Shown here: in pieces, positions 49,673 to 59,815 of the stretch
Layout: each line of letters begins with the position of its first letter
How positions within the stretch are numbered: the first letter of the stretch is position 1
The notes under the pieces: model-generated
What the model saw: only the letters and a program-made list of their open reading frames with translations
Database searches by the model: none
What the model was told of the DNA's origin: nothing
Assembly (NCBI GenBank): GCA_937872225.1
Contig: CALMRZ010000033.1
Coordinates: 16,315-80,314 of the forward strand
Reading direction: 5' to 3'
Origin: an uncultured Spirochaetota bacterium
GTDB taxonomy: Bacteria > Spirochaetota > UBA4802 > UBA5550
Length of the DNA stretch: 64,000 bases
Position numbers and translations under genes: made by a program

Positions 49673-51166
49673 ATGAATAAAATACGGGTCGGATTCGCCG
49701 GGGCGGGAAGGATCGCCGATGTACATTTCCCCGGTTATGTGAAAAATCGCGACGCGGTCCTCCACGCGGTTTGCGACACCGATGAAGGGACGGCCCTTCG
49801 CAGGAAAAAGGAATGGGGCGTGGAAAAGCACTTCACCCGCTACGAGGAGATGCTGTCTGACCCTGCCATCGACGCCGTCGAAATCCTTACACCGACAATG
49901 CTCCACGAGGAGATGGCGGTCCAGGCCCTTCGGGCCGGCAAGCATGTTGCGGTCCAGAAACCGATGGCCAACTCCCTGGAGAGCGCCGACCGGATCATAA
50001 GGGCCGCAGAAACTGCGGGCAAAGTGCTCAAGGTATCAGATAACTACGTGTTCTACCCGCCCATCGTTGCGGCTAAGAGGATGATCGCGGACGGATGGAT
50101 CGGAACGCCCACAAACCTGCGCATCAAGCTCATCAGCGGAGCCGGGGGATGGACCGTGCCGCCGTCATCGTGGGAATGGCGGGTACGCGAGGGCCAGGAA
50201 GGGCGCGGGCTCCAGACCTTCGACCATGGCCATCACCTCTGGGCCGCGGCGTGGTTCCTCATGGGCACTGCCGAGCGCGTCACGGCCTGGATCGACTCGC
50301 TGGACGGCGTTGTGGACAGTCCGGCTGTGATCATGTGGAAATACCGGGATACGGCGGCCTACGGCATGTGCGAATACTGCCATGAACCGGACCTTGCGAT
50401 CCCATCGCGCTATTACGCCAATGACGAATGGATAGAAATTACCGGTACGAAGGGGATCATCGTGGTCAATCGCTGCACCGGGAATATAAAGAAATGCCCC
50501 GCCATCAGCTATTTCGACGGAAAATGGAAAGATATATCGGTGCGCGACGACGACTGGGCCGAAGGATTCAAGGGCTCGACGCGCAATTTCATCGGGGCGA
50601 TACTCGGCAGGGAAGCGCCGAGCCTTTCGGCCAGGGAAGGCCGGGAGATACTGAAATTCTCCCTGGCAGTCCAGAAATCGAACCGCCTGCGCCGGGAGGT
50701 ATACATCGAAGAGCTTGATGCCCGGTTCCCCGGCCTGTATGCCCGCCGCATGATCAGCAAGGACATTAGATCCAGGATCTGCAGGAAGGGGATCCTGGAA
50801 CGCCTGGGCTTCGGAAGCGGCGACTCTCGATACGCTGTCCAGGCTGGGGGCCTCGTTCTGGGTCTTCCGGAAAGGTACGATCCCGGAGCGGTCGAAGGCT
50901 GGGAAACGGCCTTCGGGATCCGGCTTCTTGCTGATGGCGGCCAGCCCGAACGGCGCTACTCCCTCATCATAAAGGACGGAAAAGCCGTCGTGACCGAAGG
51001 GGCGATCCCGGCTAACCCGGTATGCGTCATGGCCGCGCCGGCGGGGACATGGGGCGCCATTCTTTTAAAAAAGAAAAAAGTGCAGATGGCCTTCATACAA
51101 GGGAAGCTTAAAATCGAGGGGAAGGCCGAGGAAGCCCTCAAGCTGCTTCCTTCGTTCAAGTTTTAG
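49673..51166 (+). CDS. Gfo/Idh/MocA-family oxidoreductase with a C-terminal SCP2-like domain. The track start at 49409 is rejected in favour of ATG 49673.
   Basis: IRVGFAGAGRIA Rossmann start; C-terminal ...QGKLKIEGKAEEALKL SCP2 hallmark. Confidence 0.75.
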   Translation: MNKIRVGFAGAGRIADVHFPGYVKNRDAVLHAVCDTDEGTALRRKKEWGVEKHFTRYEEMLSDPAIDAVEILTPTMLHEEMAVQALRAGKHVAVQKPMANSLESADRIIRAAETAGKVLKVSDNYVFYPPIVAAKRMIADGWIGTPTNLRIKLISGAGGWTVPPSSWEWRVREGQEGRGLQTFDHGHHLWAAAWFLMGTAERVTAWIDSLDGVVDSPAVIMWKYRDTAAYGMCEYCHEPDLAIPSRYYANDEWIEITGTKGIIVVNRCTGNIKKCPAISYFDGKWKDISVRDDDWAEGFKGSTRNFIGAILGREAPSLSAREGREILKFSLAVQKSNRLRREVYIEELDARFPGLYARRMISKDIRSRICRKGILERLGFGSGDSRYAVQAGGLVLGLPERYDPGAVEGWETAFGIRLLADGGQPERRYSLIIKDGKAVVTEGAIPANPVCVMAAPAGTWGAILLKKKKVQMAFIQGKLKIEGKAEEALKLLPSFKF

Positions 51167-51204
51167 CCGCATTCCCAATCAGTTTCAAGCGGTACGGTTG
51201 TTCT

Positions 51205-51555
51205 TTACAGTCCCAATTTTTTCAGGAACTCTTCTTTCGAGACAGAATTTGATTCCGACGCCAGGTTCCCGCCGCTATAATACCGGACATAGGGAATGAG
51301 CCGGTTCTTCCACTTCGTTTCCTTGAAGGTCCTGAATTCATCAAAAAAATCAGTCGTATTGTAGATGAGCTCATAGAGGCCGGCGTCAATCTCCAGTGAA
51401 TAGAGCCACTTCTTCATGGCATCCCACTGGGGGCACCAGTCCTGTGACATCACCACCGCGACCTTACGCTCGGACGCGACCACATCGCTCGAGAACTCGC
51501 CGCATTCAATGGCGCTCATGGCCTGTTCACGCGTTATTATCCGTACCGGTGTCAT
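51205..51555 (-). CDS. Thioredoxin-fold protein with a monothiol WCPQW motif (YtxJ/DUF-like).
   Basis: VAVVMSQDWCPQWDAMKKWL. Confidence 0.4.
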   Translation of the reverse strand: MTPVRIITREQAMSAIECGEFSSDVVASERKVAVVMSQDWCPQWDAMKKWLYSLEIDAGLYELIYNTTDFFDEFRTFKETKWKNRLIPYVRYYSGGNLASESNSVSKEEFLKKLGL

Positions 51556-51589
51556 ATCATCACGCTCCGGGGAAGTGTCCCAGCTTCGT

Positions 51590-52327
51590 CTATTTCACGG
51601 CCCCGCCCATGGCGAAATAGATAATGACGCCGATAAGCTGTATGGGCGAGGATATGATGTCAGCAAGGACCGGCGCGATATAACCGACCTTGATCAGGCC
51701 GTTGACCGCCATGTTCCGCTCCTTCCACCTGACATCCATCATCGAATAGGGCAGCTCCATGTGAAACCCCTGGTCAACGCCCGCCTTCCCGTTTTCCTTC
51801 AGCGTCCAGATTTGATGCTGGGCGTAGAACTGCTTCACGTTGGAAAAGGTCAGCTTGACAAAAAACAGGGGAAAATCCTTCCGCCCGACATCAACATTAA
51901 AATTTTTTTTGATGACCTGAGCCGGGACAGCAACCTCTTTTACATTATACTGCTCGAAGATATCCCTGTAACCCTCGCTGCAGCAGTAACGCTCCACCAG
52001 GAGGAAGGCTTTTTTCGTTCCAGCCATCCTGGCTGCCGATTCACTGATGATGATTTTTTCATTATATTCATGGGGGATGTAGATATCCAGATAGCGTCCC
52101 GCGCCGGCAAGAGGTCCTTCGAACTGGAGATGATAGTATGGCTTGTTTTTTATGAGGGTTCGTTCTTCCGCCGTGCCCTGATACGCCTTGTCCCTGGAAT
52201 CGATTTTCTCGAATTCCCATATCTCACTGCCGCTGTCCCCCAGCTTTTCATGGTATGTGATCGTGGCGCACCGCGTGAATCCCGCGCACGCGAGTAGAAG
52301 AATCATCAACGATAACATACGATTCAT
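51590..52327 (-). CDS. Hypothetical lipoprotein.
   Basis: Lipobox MNRMLSLMILLLACAG; no homology recognised. Confidence 0.45.
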   Translation of the reverse strand: MNRMLSLMILLLACAGFTRCATITYHEKLGDSGSEIWEFEKIDSRDKAYQGTAEERTLIKNKPYYHLQFEGPLAGAGRYLDIYIPHEYNEKIIISESAARMAGTKKAFLLVERYCCSEGYRDIFEQYNVKEVAVPAQVIKKNFNVDVGRKDFPLFFVKLTFSNVKQFYAQHQIWTLKENGKAGVDQGFHMELPYSMMDVRWKERNMAVNGLIKVGYIAPVLADIISSPIQLIGVIIYFAMGGAVK

Positions 52328-52497
52328 GGCAGCGGTCCTCTTTTTGAATGATGCATTCTAACACCGGCGCGGAACGCCGTCAAATATATTATTGCCCGGA
52401 TTGCCGTAACTGCCCGGGTATTAACTGCATCTGAAGAAAAAATACTTGTACTGTGCCGCGTACATCCAATTAATTGGTCACTTCACGGAAACGGGCA

Positions 52498-53775
52498 ATG
52501 AAAATCAAGATATCATCCCTCGGCTGCCGCCTGAACCAGTCGGAAATACAATCGGTATCGACAGCACTCCAGGACATGGGCCACGAGATCGCCCGGGGCG
52601 ACGACGCCGATGTGTTCATCATCAACTCCTGCGCCGTTACGCAGCGGAGCGAGGGCAAGACCCGCCGCCTCGTGCACCATGCTGCGGAAGCGGCCCGGGG
52701 ACGCGCCGGCGCGAAGATCATCGTGACCGGCTGCATCGCGGACGCCCCGTCCCGTCAGGGGAACACCTACTACCTCCCCAACGACTACAAGTTCATGATC
52801 CCGGACCTTGTCGCGAACTGGGACCTCTTCGAGGAGATCTCCCCGCCGCCCGACGCGCGCTTCCGGTTCACGCCCCCCCTCAAGTCATCCACCAGCCGCG
52901 TTAATCTGAAAATCCAGGACGGGTGCGGCAATTTCTGCTCCTACTGCATCGTCCCCCTGGTGCGGGGCCCGTCGCAGAGCAAGCCGGCGGACCTGGTCGC
53001 CGACGAATTCAGGAGAATGATTGAAGCCGGGTTCCGGGAGATAATCCTTGCCGGCGTGATGATCGGGAACTACCGCGACGGCGGCACCGGGCTCGCGGGC
53101 CTCGTCCGGCGCCTCCTCTCTGTCGAGGGGCGCTTCCGGCTCCACCTCACCTCCCTCATGCCGGTCTATGTCACCCCGGAGCTCATCGACCTGTTCCACA
53201 GCGAGAAGATCGTGAAGCACCTTCACCTCTCCCTGCAGAGCGGCAGCAACGCGGTGCTGGCGCTAATGAACCGCCCCTACACCCGCGAGGATTATCTCAC
53301 CCTCGCCGGCATGATACGGAGCGCCGTGCCGGATTTCAACTTCACCACGGATGTCATCGTCGGATTTCCCGGCGAGACGGAAACTGATTTTCTCGACACC
53401 CTGGGTCTCATCCGTGATGTCGGCTTTTCCCATGTCCACACCTTCCGCTATTCACCGAGGCCGGGGACAAAGGCTGCCGCCATGGAGGACACGGTCTCCG
53501 AGGCGGAGAAGAAAGAGAGAAGCGGCCAGGTCATCGAGCTCTCAACTGCGCTGAAGCAGCAATATTACAGGCGGTTTAACGGCAGGGAATCCCTTTTCCT
53601 GAGCGAGCGGTGCCGCGGCGCCATCACCACGGGCTTCAACGAGTACTACGCCCCGGTGGAGGTTGCGGATAAGCTCCCTCGCAACGAGTTCTTCTCCGTG
53701 ACAACGCGCCTGGAGGAGGGGAAGCAGTCCCTGAGCGGGACAGTTCTCCCCGATAAATACGGCATCCTGCCGTAA
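52498..53775 (+). CDS. Radical-SAM methylthiotransferase of the MiaB/MtaB/RimO family (tRNA ms2-modification-like).
   Basis: N-terminal MTTase domain (KISSLGCRLNQSE), radical-SAM CGNFCSYCIVP and a C-terminal TRAM-like region. Confidence 0.8.
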   Translation: MKIKISSLGCRLNQSEIQSVSTALQDMGHEIARGDDADVFIINSCAVTQRSEGKTRRLVHHAAEAARGRAGAKIIVTGCIADAPSRQGNTYYLPNDYKFMIPDLVANWDLFEEISPPPDARFRFTPPLKSSTSRVNLKIQDGCGNFCSYCIVPLVRGPSQSKPADLVADEFRRMIEAGFREIILAGVMIGNYRDGGTGLAGLVRRLLSVEGRFRLHLTSLMPVYVTPELIDLFHSEKIVKHLHLSLQSGSNAVLALMNRPYTREDYLTLAGMIRSAVPDFNFTTDVIVGFPGETETDFLDTLGLIRDVGFSHVHTFRYSPRPGTKAAAMEDTVSEAEKKERSGQVIELSTALKQQYYRRFNGRESLFLSERCRGAITTGFNEYYAPVEVADKLPRNEFFSVTTRLEEGKQSLSGTVLPDKYGILP

Positions 53776-53864
53776 TCGGGGCTTCGGCATCCATGCCCCA
53801 GCTATTCCACCTATGGTTTCCTGCAGATTGAGGTATCAGAGTATATTCCGGACCGTTATCGGTA

Positions 53865-54898
53865 TTACCGGATAACATAGCGTATCAGCAGCCGCTCGGC
53901 AGCCGCACAGGCGATACCAATCGCCGCAAACCAGACGAGGAGCATGGCAGTGTAGCGGATGATTATCTTCCTGTCAATCACCTCCAACTTCACCGCGGCG
54001 GCATTACCGTCGCCCCGGGCAAACATCACTGAAACCGTTCCCACGCAGATGGTGCCCATGAAGCCAAACAGGTTACACCACATCCACGAAACCTGCTTCT
54101 CGAAAAACACCCAAAGGACAATGTTAGCCGCAATGCCGCAGGCCAGCCCCGCCAGGGCCCCCGTACCGGGAACCTTTCTGGAAAAAATCCCCAGGATGAA
54201 TACCGCCGCGACGGGACCGTACAGGGCGGACCCTATCTTGTTCACTAGCTCGATGATGGTCTCGGACCGCCCGGCAATGACAAGTGCGAAGGCAATGGAG
54301 GCCGTGCCCCAGAGGACCGTCACCAGGCGCGACAGCCATACGGACCGGCGCCCCGGCAATGATTCAAGGCGCGGGAAAAAGCGCGCCAGGAAATCATCCC
54401 AGGTAACGGCGCTCAGGGAATTAATGGTGGAATCAAGGCTCGACATGGAGGCGGCCGGCAAAGTCAGGGTTGCGCGCCAGGAACAGTATCATCAGCGCCC
54501 CCCATGGAGCGGTTCGCCATAAAAATCAGGGAAAGGGTGAGCCGCACGGGGCGGCCGAAGCGCTTTTCAAGAAATCCATAGATGGAGATGCCGGACGCCG
54601 AGCGGAACACCGGCACCAGGAAGACCATGATGAAGAGCATCGCCAGGGGAACGGCTAGCTCGTACTGCAGCCAGTTCAGGCCGCCGCCGCTCCGGACCGC
54701 GATGAACGCCGGGGCGCTGGCCAGGCTTATGGCGCTCACCTGGTCCGCCAGCAGTGACGACGCGACCAGCCACGGCGACACCCTCCTCCCGCCGAGAAAA
54801 CAGTCCTCCCTGTTTTTCTGGGAGCGCCCGGCCACAAAGCTGATGAAAAGTATGGCAAGGATGTAGGCCGCGACCATGACCCAGTTTACACAGGCCAT
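53865..54898 (-). pseudogene. Disrupted solute:sodium symporter (PutP-like SSS family). An N-terminal fragment (54464-54898, TM1-4) and a C-terminal fragment (53865-54461, TM9-13) lie in different frames, with ~200 aa of the core missing; an internal deletion.
   Basis: The fragments align to PutP residues ~1-130 and ~335-end respectively. The frame switches from A to C at 54461-54466, and a C-run (cgccccccatgg) sits near the junction. Confidence 0.6.
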
Positions 54899-54947
54899 GA
54901 CAGCCCCTATGGCTTCCGGGCCGCAGCGCCGGCAGGAACGCGGCGGC

Positions 54948-56333
54948 TTATCCGATGATTCTGAAAAGGAACTTCAGCAGCTTCACCTTCTTATTGTACG
55001 GCGGATAGCGGAGCTTCAGGTCGAAGGCGCTGGCCCGGGTGAGGATGCCCCGCTGGTGCGAGAAGGTCTCGAAGCCGGATTTCCCGTGATATCTCCCCAT
55101 ACCGCTGTCGCCGATCCCGCCGAAGGGGAGCTCCTGGCTCCCCACGTGCGACACCGTGTCATTGATGCAGCCGCCGCCGGAAGAGGTCCCGGCAAGGACC
55201 TTCTTCTGCTTTTTCACGCTCTTTGAAAAATAATAGAGGGCCAGGGGGCGCGGCAGCCTGTTCACCTGGGCAATGGCGTCGTCAAGCTTGGCGAAGGTCA
55301 TGATCGGGAGCAGCGGCCCGAAGATCTCCTCGTTCATGATCGGGTCCTTCAGGGTCGCGTTGTCCACCAGGGTCGGCGCGATGAAGCGGTTCTTCCGGTC
55401 GCTGTCGCCCCCCAGGATCACCTTCGCGCCTTCAAGGAGCCCCATGATCCGGTCAAAGTGCTTTTCGTTGATGATGCGGGCGTAGTCCCTGCTCGACCGG
55501 GGGTCATCGCCGTAAAACTCCCCAATGGTTTTTTTAAGCTCATCGATGAAGGCAGCCTTGATTTTTTTGTGGACCAGCAGGTAGTCCGGCGCAAGGCAGG
55601 TCTGGCCGGCGTTGAAGAACTTTCCCCAGCAGAGCCGGCGCGCCGCCGTGGGAAGATGGGCGTCCTCGTCGACGATCGCCGGGCTCTTGCCGCCCAGCTC
55701 CAGGGTCACCGGGGTCAGGTTCTCCGCGGCGGCGCGCATGACGATCCGTCCCACCGCGGTGCCGCCGGTGAAGAAAATGTAATCGAACTTCTCCTTCAGC
55801 AGGGCGCCGGTTTCCTCCACGCCGCCTTCAATCACGGTAATGTAGTCCTCGTCAAAGGTTTCCCGGATCATCTTCGCCACCAGGCGCGAGGTCGCCGGCG
55901 CGAGCTCCGAGGGCTTGATGACGGCGCAGTTGCCGGCGGCAATGGCCGCCACCAGCGGGGCGATGACAAGCTGGAATGGATAATTCCAGGGACCGATGAT
56001 GAGGGCCACGCCGTACGGGTCATAGTGGACCGCGCTTGTCGAATAAAAATGGATAATGGGGGTTGCCACCTCGCGCTTCCGGGCCCAGGACCGGAGGTGC
56101 CAGTGCACGTGGCGTATCTCCGTATAAAGGATGCCTATCTCGCTGGCGTACGATTCGAAGGCGGGCTTTTTCAGGTCCCTGTACAGGGCCTCCATGATTG
56201 CGTCCTCGTTCTTCCGGATCGCCTTTTTCAGCATCCGCAGCTGCTTCTTCCGGAACGAAATTTTTCTCGTTTCGCCGGTATTGAAGAATTTTCTGAGTTT
56301 CTGCACCCTGGCCGCAATTGCTTTCTGACTCAT
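54948..56333 (-). CDS. NAD(P)-dependent aldehyde dehydrogenase (class-3-like ALDH).
   Basis: ELGGKSP, the catalytic-Cys region FNAGQTCLAPDYLLV and EEIFGPL motifs. Confidence 0.85.
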   Translation of the reverse strand: MSQKAIAARVQKLRKFFNTGETRKISFRKKQLRMLKKAIRKNEDAIMEALYRDLKKPAFESYASEIGILYTEIRHVHWHLRSWARKREVATPIIHFYSTSAVHYDPYGVALIIGPWNYPFQLVIAPLVAAIAAGNCAVIKPSELAPATSRLVAKMIRETFDEDYITVIEGGVEETGALLKEKFDYIFFTGGTAVGRIVMRAAAENLTPVTLELGGKSPAIVDEDAHLPTAARRLCWGKFFNAGQTCLAPDYLLVHKKIKAAFIDELKKTIGEFYGDDPRSSRDYARIINEKHFDRIMGLLEGAKVILGGDSDRKNRFIAPTLVDNATLKDPIMNEEIFGPLLPIMTFAKLDDAIAQVNRLPRPLALYYFSKSVKKQKKVLAGTSSGGGCINDTVSHVGSQELPFGGIGDSGMGRYHGKSGFETFSHQRGILTRASAFDLKLRYPPYNKKVKLLKFLFRIIG

Positions 56334-56387
56334 GGTTTTCCTCCGGGATAGTTATCGTAGTGCGGTCCGGCTTCCGTCACGGGCAGG

Positions 56388-58397
56388 CTACACCCTGATG
56401 GGCAGAATGACAATGGGGATTCCCCGGTGATAGAAGCGCCGCTGTATGGCAAAGGCCGAGTAGTTGTGGAGCCACCGCGTGAAGAAGGTGTCCTCGGGGA
56501 ACACGAGCTGCCCGGCGAAAAAAATGGCGTTGGGGAAGCGCTCCAAGATTTTCGGCGCCAGCTGCACCGTTTCCTCAATGATGTCCACAGAAATGGATGT
56601 GACGCTCTCCGCGTACCGGCCGTGGGCCCTCATGTATTCGACATAGCGCTCGCAATCCTTCTGGATGTGCGCCCGCAGAGCCGACAGTTCCTCGGTCCCC
56701 TTGAACACGCCGGAATCAACCAGGCCGATCTGGACGAAGACGAAATTCTTGTATATGCCCTGGAAGAGGCGCACGATGTTAAAAAGGGTGTGGAGTCCGG
56801 TGCCGGTGAATCCGTTCACAAAAAGAACAGCCGTCTTGTCCTTGGGATTGCACGGGATCACGGCCGCGCTCTTTTCTCCGTTGCCTTGTTTCACCTCGAT
56901 GTTCTTCATCTCGGCCTCGGCCACTTCCACGAGGCCGTTCAGGCGCCGCAGGAGCTTCCTGGTTTTATTGTAATGGCGCCGGATTACAACAGAGAGAAAG
57001 ACCAGGGATCCGGTGATAAAGATGGTGATCCACCCTCCCTCGTTAAACTTCAGCACCACCACCGTTACAAGAATAAAACTCGTCAGCACCAGGCCGATGC
57101 CGTTTATCATGAGCTTCTTGAACCAGCGGGAAACCTTCGACCGGGACTGCCACCAGTGGCGCACCATCCCCAGCTGGGACAGGGAGAAAGTGACGAACAC
57201 GTTGATGCTGTAGAGGATGACGAGGAATTTCACCGATCCCCCGGAATATATCATGAGAACGATGGAGCCGATCCCCATGATAAGTATGCCGTTCTGGGTC
57301 ACCAGGCGGTCATTGAGGGAAGCGAACCGTCCCGGCGCCCACCGGTCCAAGGCCATGTTGGCGAGGATGGCCGGCCCCCCCAAGAACCCGGTCTGGGCCG
57401 CGACGAAAAGAAGCACGGCCTCCGACAGCAGGGTGACCAGGACAAAGATGACGCCGGCGGTCCCCCACCCGGCGGTCATGGTGTCAAACAGCACGGCATT
57501 GAGCGTTTTCCCCCTGACATGTTGGACCCCGAAGAGAAGGTACGAAACCATCAGTCCCGCGACGACGAGGGCCAGGGAGGTGGCCATATAGTTCATGGTG
57601 CGCTTGGCGGTCTGCACCTTCGGCTCGCGCAGGATGGACATCCCGTTGGACACCGCCTCGATGCCGGTGAAGGTCCCGGCGCCCATGCTGTAGGCCCGCA
57701 GTATCAGAAAGACCATGCCGGCTATGCCCAGCTCCGAGTTGGAGGCGCCGATCTCCGTCGCCGTGGCGTTCACCAGGACGGGGATGTTCCCGGCCTGGGA
57801 CGCAACCGTATATATGATGGCAAAGGCATGGGTCAGTATGAAGAGGAGAAATATCGGCACAAGGGGCAGAACCGATTCCTTGACGCCGCGCAGGTTGAGG
57901 ATGATGAGAAGGCAGACGCCCCCGACCGCCACCGGGAGTTTATACGGATGCATGAACGCGGGGAGAAAGCTGAACAGGGCATCGGCGCCGCTGGCCACCG
58001 ACAGGGTGATGGTGAGCAGGTAGTCGATGAGAAGCGCGCTGCCGGCAACCATGCCGACGGAGGGGGATATGAGCTTGCTTGCCACGAGATAGCCGCCGCC
58101 CCCGGTCGGGAAGAGCTCAATGATCTGGTGATAGCTCGCGCTGATGACAAAAATGGTGATGACCGTACCCAGGGCCACGAAGATGCTCAGGTGCGTGTGC
58201 CTTCCCAGGGCCAGGAAGGCCTCCTCCGGCCCGTAACATGAAGATGTCAGGCCGTCAGCCCCGAGGCCCACCCAGGCGAAAAAAGCGATCAGGGAAAGCT
58301 TATGGAAAATGCCGGGATCCGAGATGCTCCGGGCGTCTCCCATGACCAGCTTCCTCAGCCGGCTGAATAGCGATGGCTTTGAATTGCCGTCGGTCAA
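56388..58397 (-). CDS. APC-superfamily permease with a large C-terminal cytoplasmic domain.
   Basis: 12 TM N-terminal core with APC-like GxG and proline patterns, followed by a ~200-aa soluble tail. Confidence 0.7.
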   Translation of the reverse strand: MTDGNSKPSLFSRLRKLVMGDARSISDPGIFHKLSLIAFFAWVGLGADGLTSSCYGPEEAFLALGRHTHLSIFVALGTVITIFVISASYHQIIELFPTGGGGYLVASKLISPSVGMVAGSALLIDYLLTITLSVASGADALFSFLPAFMHPYKLPVAVGGVCLLIILNLRGVKESVLPLVPIFLLFILTHAFAIIYTVASQAGNIPVLVNATATEIGASNSELGIAGMVFLILRAYSMGAGTFTGIEAVSNGMSILREPKVQTAKRTMNYMATSLALVVAGLMVSYLLFGVQHVRGKTLNAVLFDTMTAGWGTAGVIFVLVTLLSEAVLLFVAAQTGFLGGPAILANMALDRWAPGRFASLNDRLVTQNGILIMGIGSIVLMIYSGGSVKFLVILYSINVFVTFSLSQLGMVRHWWQSRSKVSRWFKKLMINGIGLVLTSFILVTVVVLKFNEGGWITIFITGSLVFLSVVIRRHYNKTRKLLRRLNGLVEVAEAEMKNIEVKQGNGEKSAAVIPCNPKDKTAVLFVNGFTGTGLHTLFNIVRLFQGIYKNFVFVQIGLVDSGVFKGTEELSALRAHIQKDCERYVEYMRAHGRYAESVTSISVDIIEETVQLAPKILERFPNAIFFAGQLVFPEDTFFTRWLHNYSAFAIQRRFYHRGIPIVILPIRV

Positions 58398-58802
58398 AAA
58401 ACTGCTCCTTCAGATTCCATGAGTTATAACCCTGCCCCTGCATCCTGCATCCGCAACGGGACCGTGTTTCCCCTCTCCCCGGATCATGACAAAATGCCAG
58501 AGCACAGTACAGCCTCTGTTTTTTTTGTCAATCAATTAGCAAATTAAACCCCGAAGCCTGACTTTCCAGGGTAATATATATAAGTATAACAGTTTGCGGG
58601 GAATATTCCCTGAAATAATCGATGTTTATGAATATTTTGCACATAACAGGCAAAAGTGTTTTATCGGAACGTCCTGTGAATTTAATTTTTTTCGACAAAT
58701 CCATTTTTTTTTGAATTCTGATCTTTTATGACTATATTTAAAGAGAGGATATAGTTCGTAGAGACATACTGGTTCTCCACGGAAACATTTTTGGAGGTAA
58801 CT

Positions 58803-58973
58803 ATGAATCTCGAATTATCAAAAACCGATGCTGATTTTATTGTTCTCCTGCTGGAGAGGGAACTCAAGACCGCCATGGTTGAAAGACACCACACGGCGAC
58901 CAATGAGTACAAAGAAATCGTTAAGGCCAAAGAATCACAATTGGAAAACCTGATAAAACAGTTCAAGCACTGA
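58803..58973 (+). CDS. Small (56 aa) helical hypothetical protein with its own RBS and a downstream hairpin terminator.
   Basis: GGAGG RBS; a long hairpin at 59055-59092 followed by ttcttgtat. Confidence 0.45.
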   Translation: MNLELSKTDADFIVLLLERELKTAMVERHHTATNEYKEIVKAKESQLENLIKQFKH

Positions 58974-59419
58974 TCAGGCCCTGGCCGTAACAACTCTTTC
59001 CAGATTCTCATATATTAAAGAGGGGCACGCGTTCCAGAACACGTCCCGCTCTGTGAAGGGATGGATTATTGAAGAATAATAATCATCCCTTTCTTGTATA
59101 ATGCGGAGTGCCCCGCTTCGCAGCATCACGGAAGAACCAGCGCGCTGCCGCAGGCACGTTGAGGGCGCAATCCAAACGGAACATGCAACTGTCACAGCAA
59201 TAAACCGGGTCAGGACAACCTGTACAATGCAGTTATATTCGCGGATTGGCATTAGCCGGAATACCGCACGATGCCTTTGCGGGGGACGGTCCGCAACTAT
59301 TCCTGTAACCTGCGCGAACAAGGCTTTTCTTACACATATCGCCGCGGGATCATCCGCCCGGTCCATAGATCAGGTGTCGCGACTGCTTGAATGACCTTTA
59401 CACACCAAGGAGTGTAACG

Positions 59420-59797
59420 ATGAAACTATCCGCAATTCTGTTCCTCATATGCGCCTCCTCCGTGCTGTTCGGCGCCTGTTCGCGGGAGGATTACCGCTCA
59501 TCCCTGGTCGGGACCTGGGAATTGACCGGCGATTCGTGCGACACCGGCGGCAACTGCAGGAAGGAAATAATAACCGATGAAGAGAGCGGGGAAACCTTCA
59601 CCGCGGAGGGACTGTATATATCAAAACGCTCGAAGATCGGATACAGCGTGGCGGGGTCAGAGATACGTCTCGCTTCGGATAGTGATGCATTCAACACGGT
59701 CTACGGCGAGATCCTTTCAATAAAAAACGGCGTCATGCTGCTGCGCAAAGACTCTGTCATCAGGCGGTACGGCAGGATCGGCGGCGCGAAGCGATAA
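59420..59797 (+). CDS. Hypothetical lipoprotein.
   Basis: AAGGAG RBS; lipobox MKLSAILFLICASSVLFGAC. Confidence 0.5.
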   Translation: MKLSAILFLICASSVLFGACSREDYRSSLVGTWELTGDSCDTGGNCRKEIITDEESGETFTAEGLYISKRSKIGYSVAGSEIRLASDSDAFNTVYGEILSIKNGVMLLRKDSVIRRYGRIGGAKR

Positions 59798-59815
59798 ACA
59801 GCAGAGGAGCCGCGG

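Noticed and set aside
53840-53875. ccgttatcgg...ccggataac near-palindrome resembling the ttatcgg motif seen at 28046
   Set aside because: Only a partial match (one mismatch and different spacing); insufficient to claim a shared regulatory motif without a genome-wide count.
56427-58241. 604-aa plus-strand ORF
   Set aside because: Antisense to the APC permease; Gly/Asp/His/Arg-rich with no TM or domain pattern.
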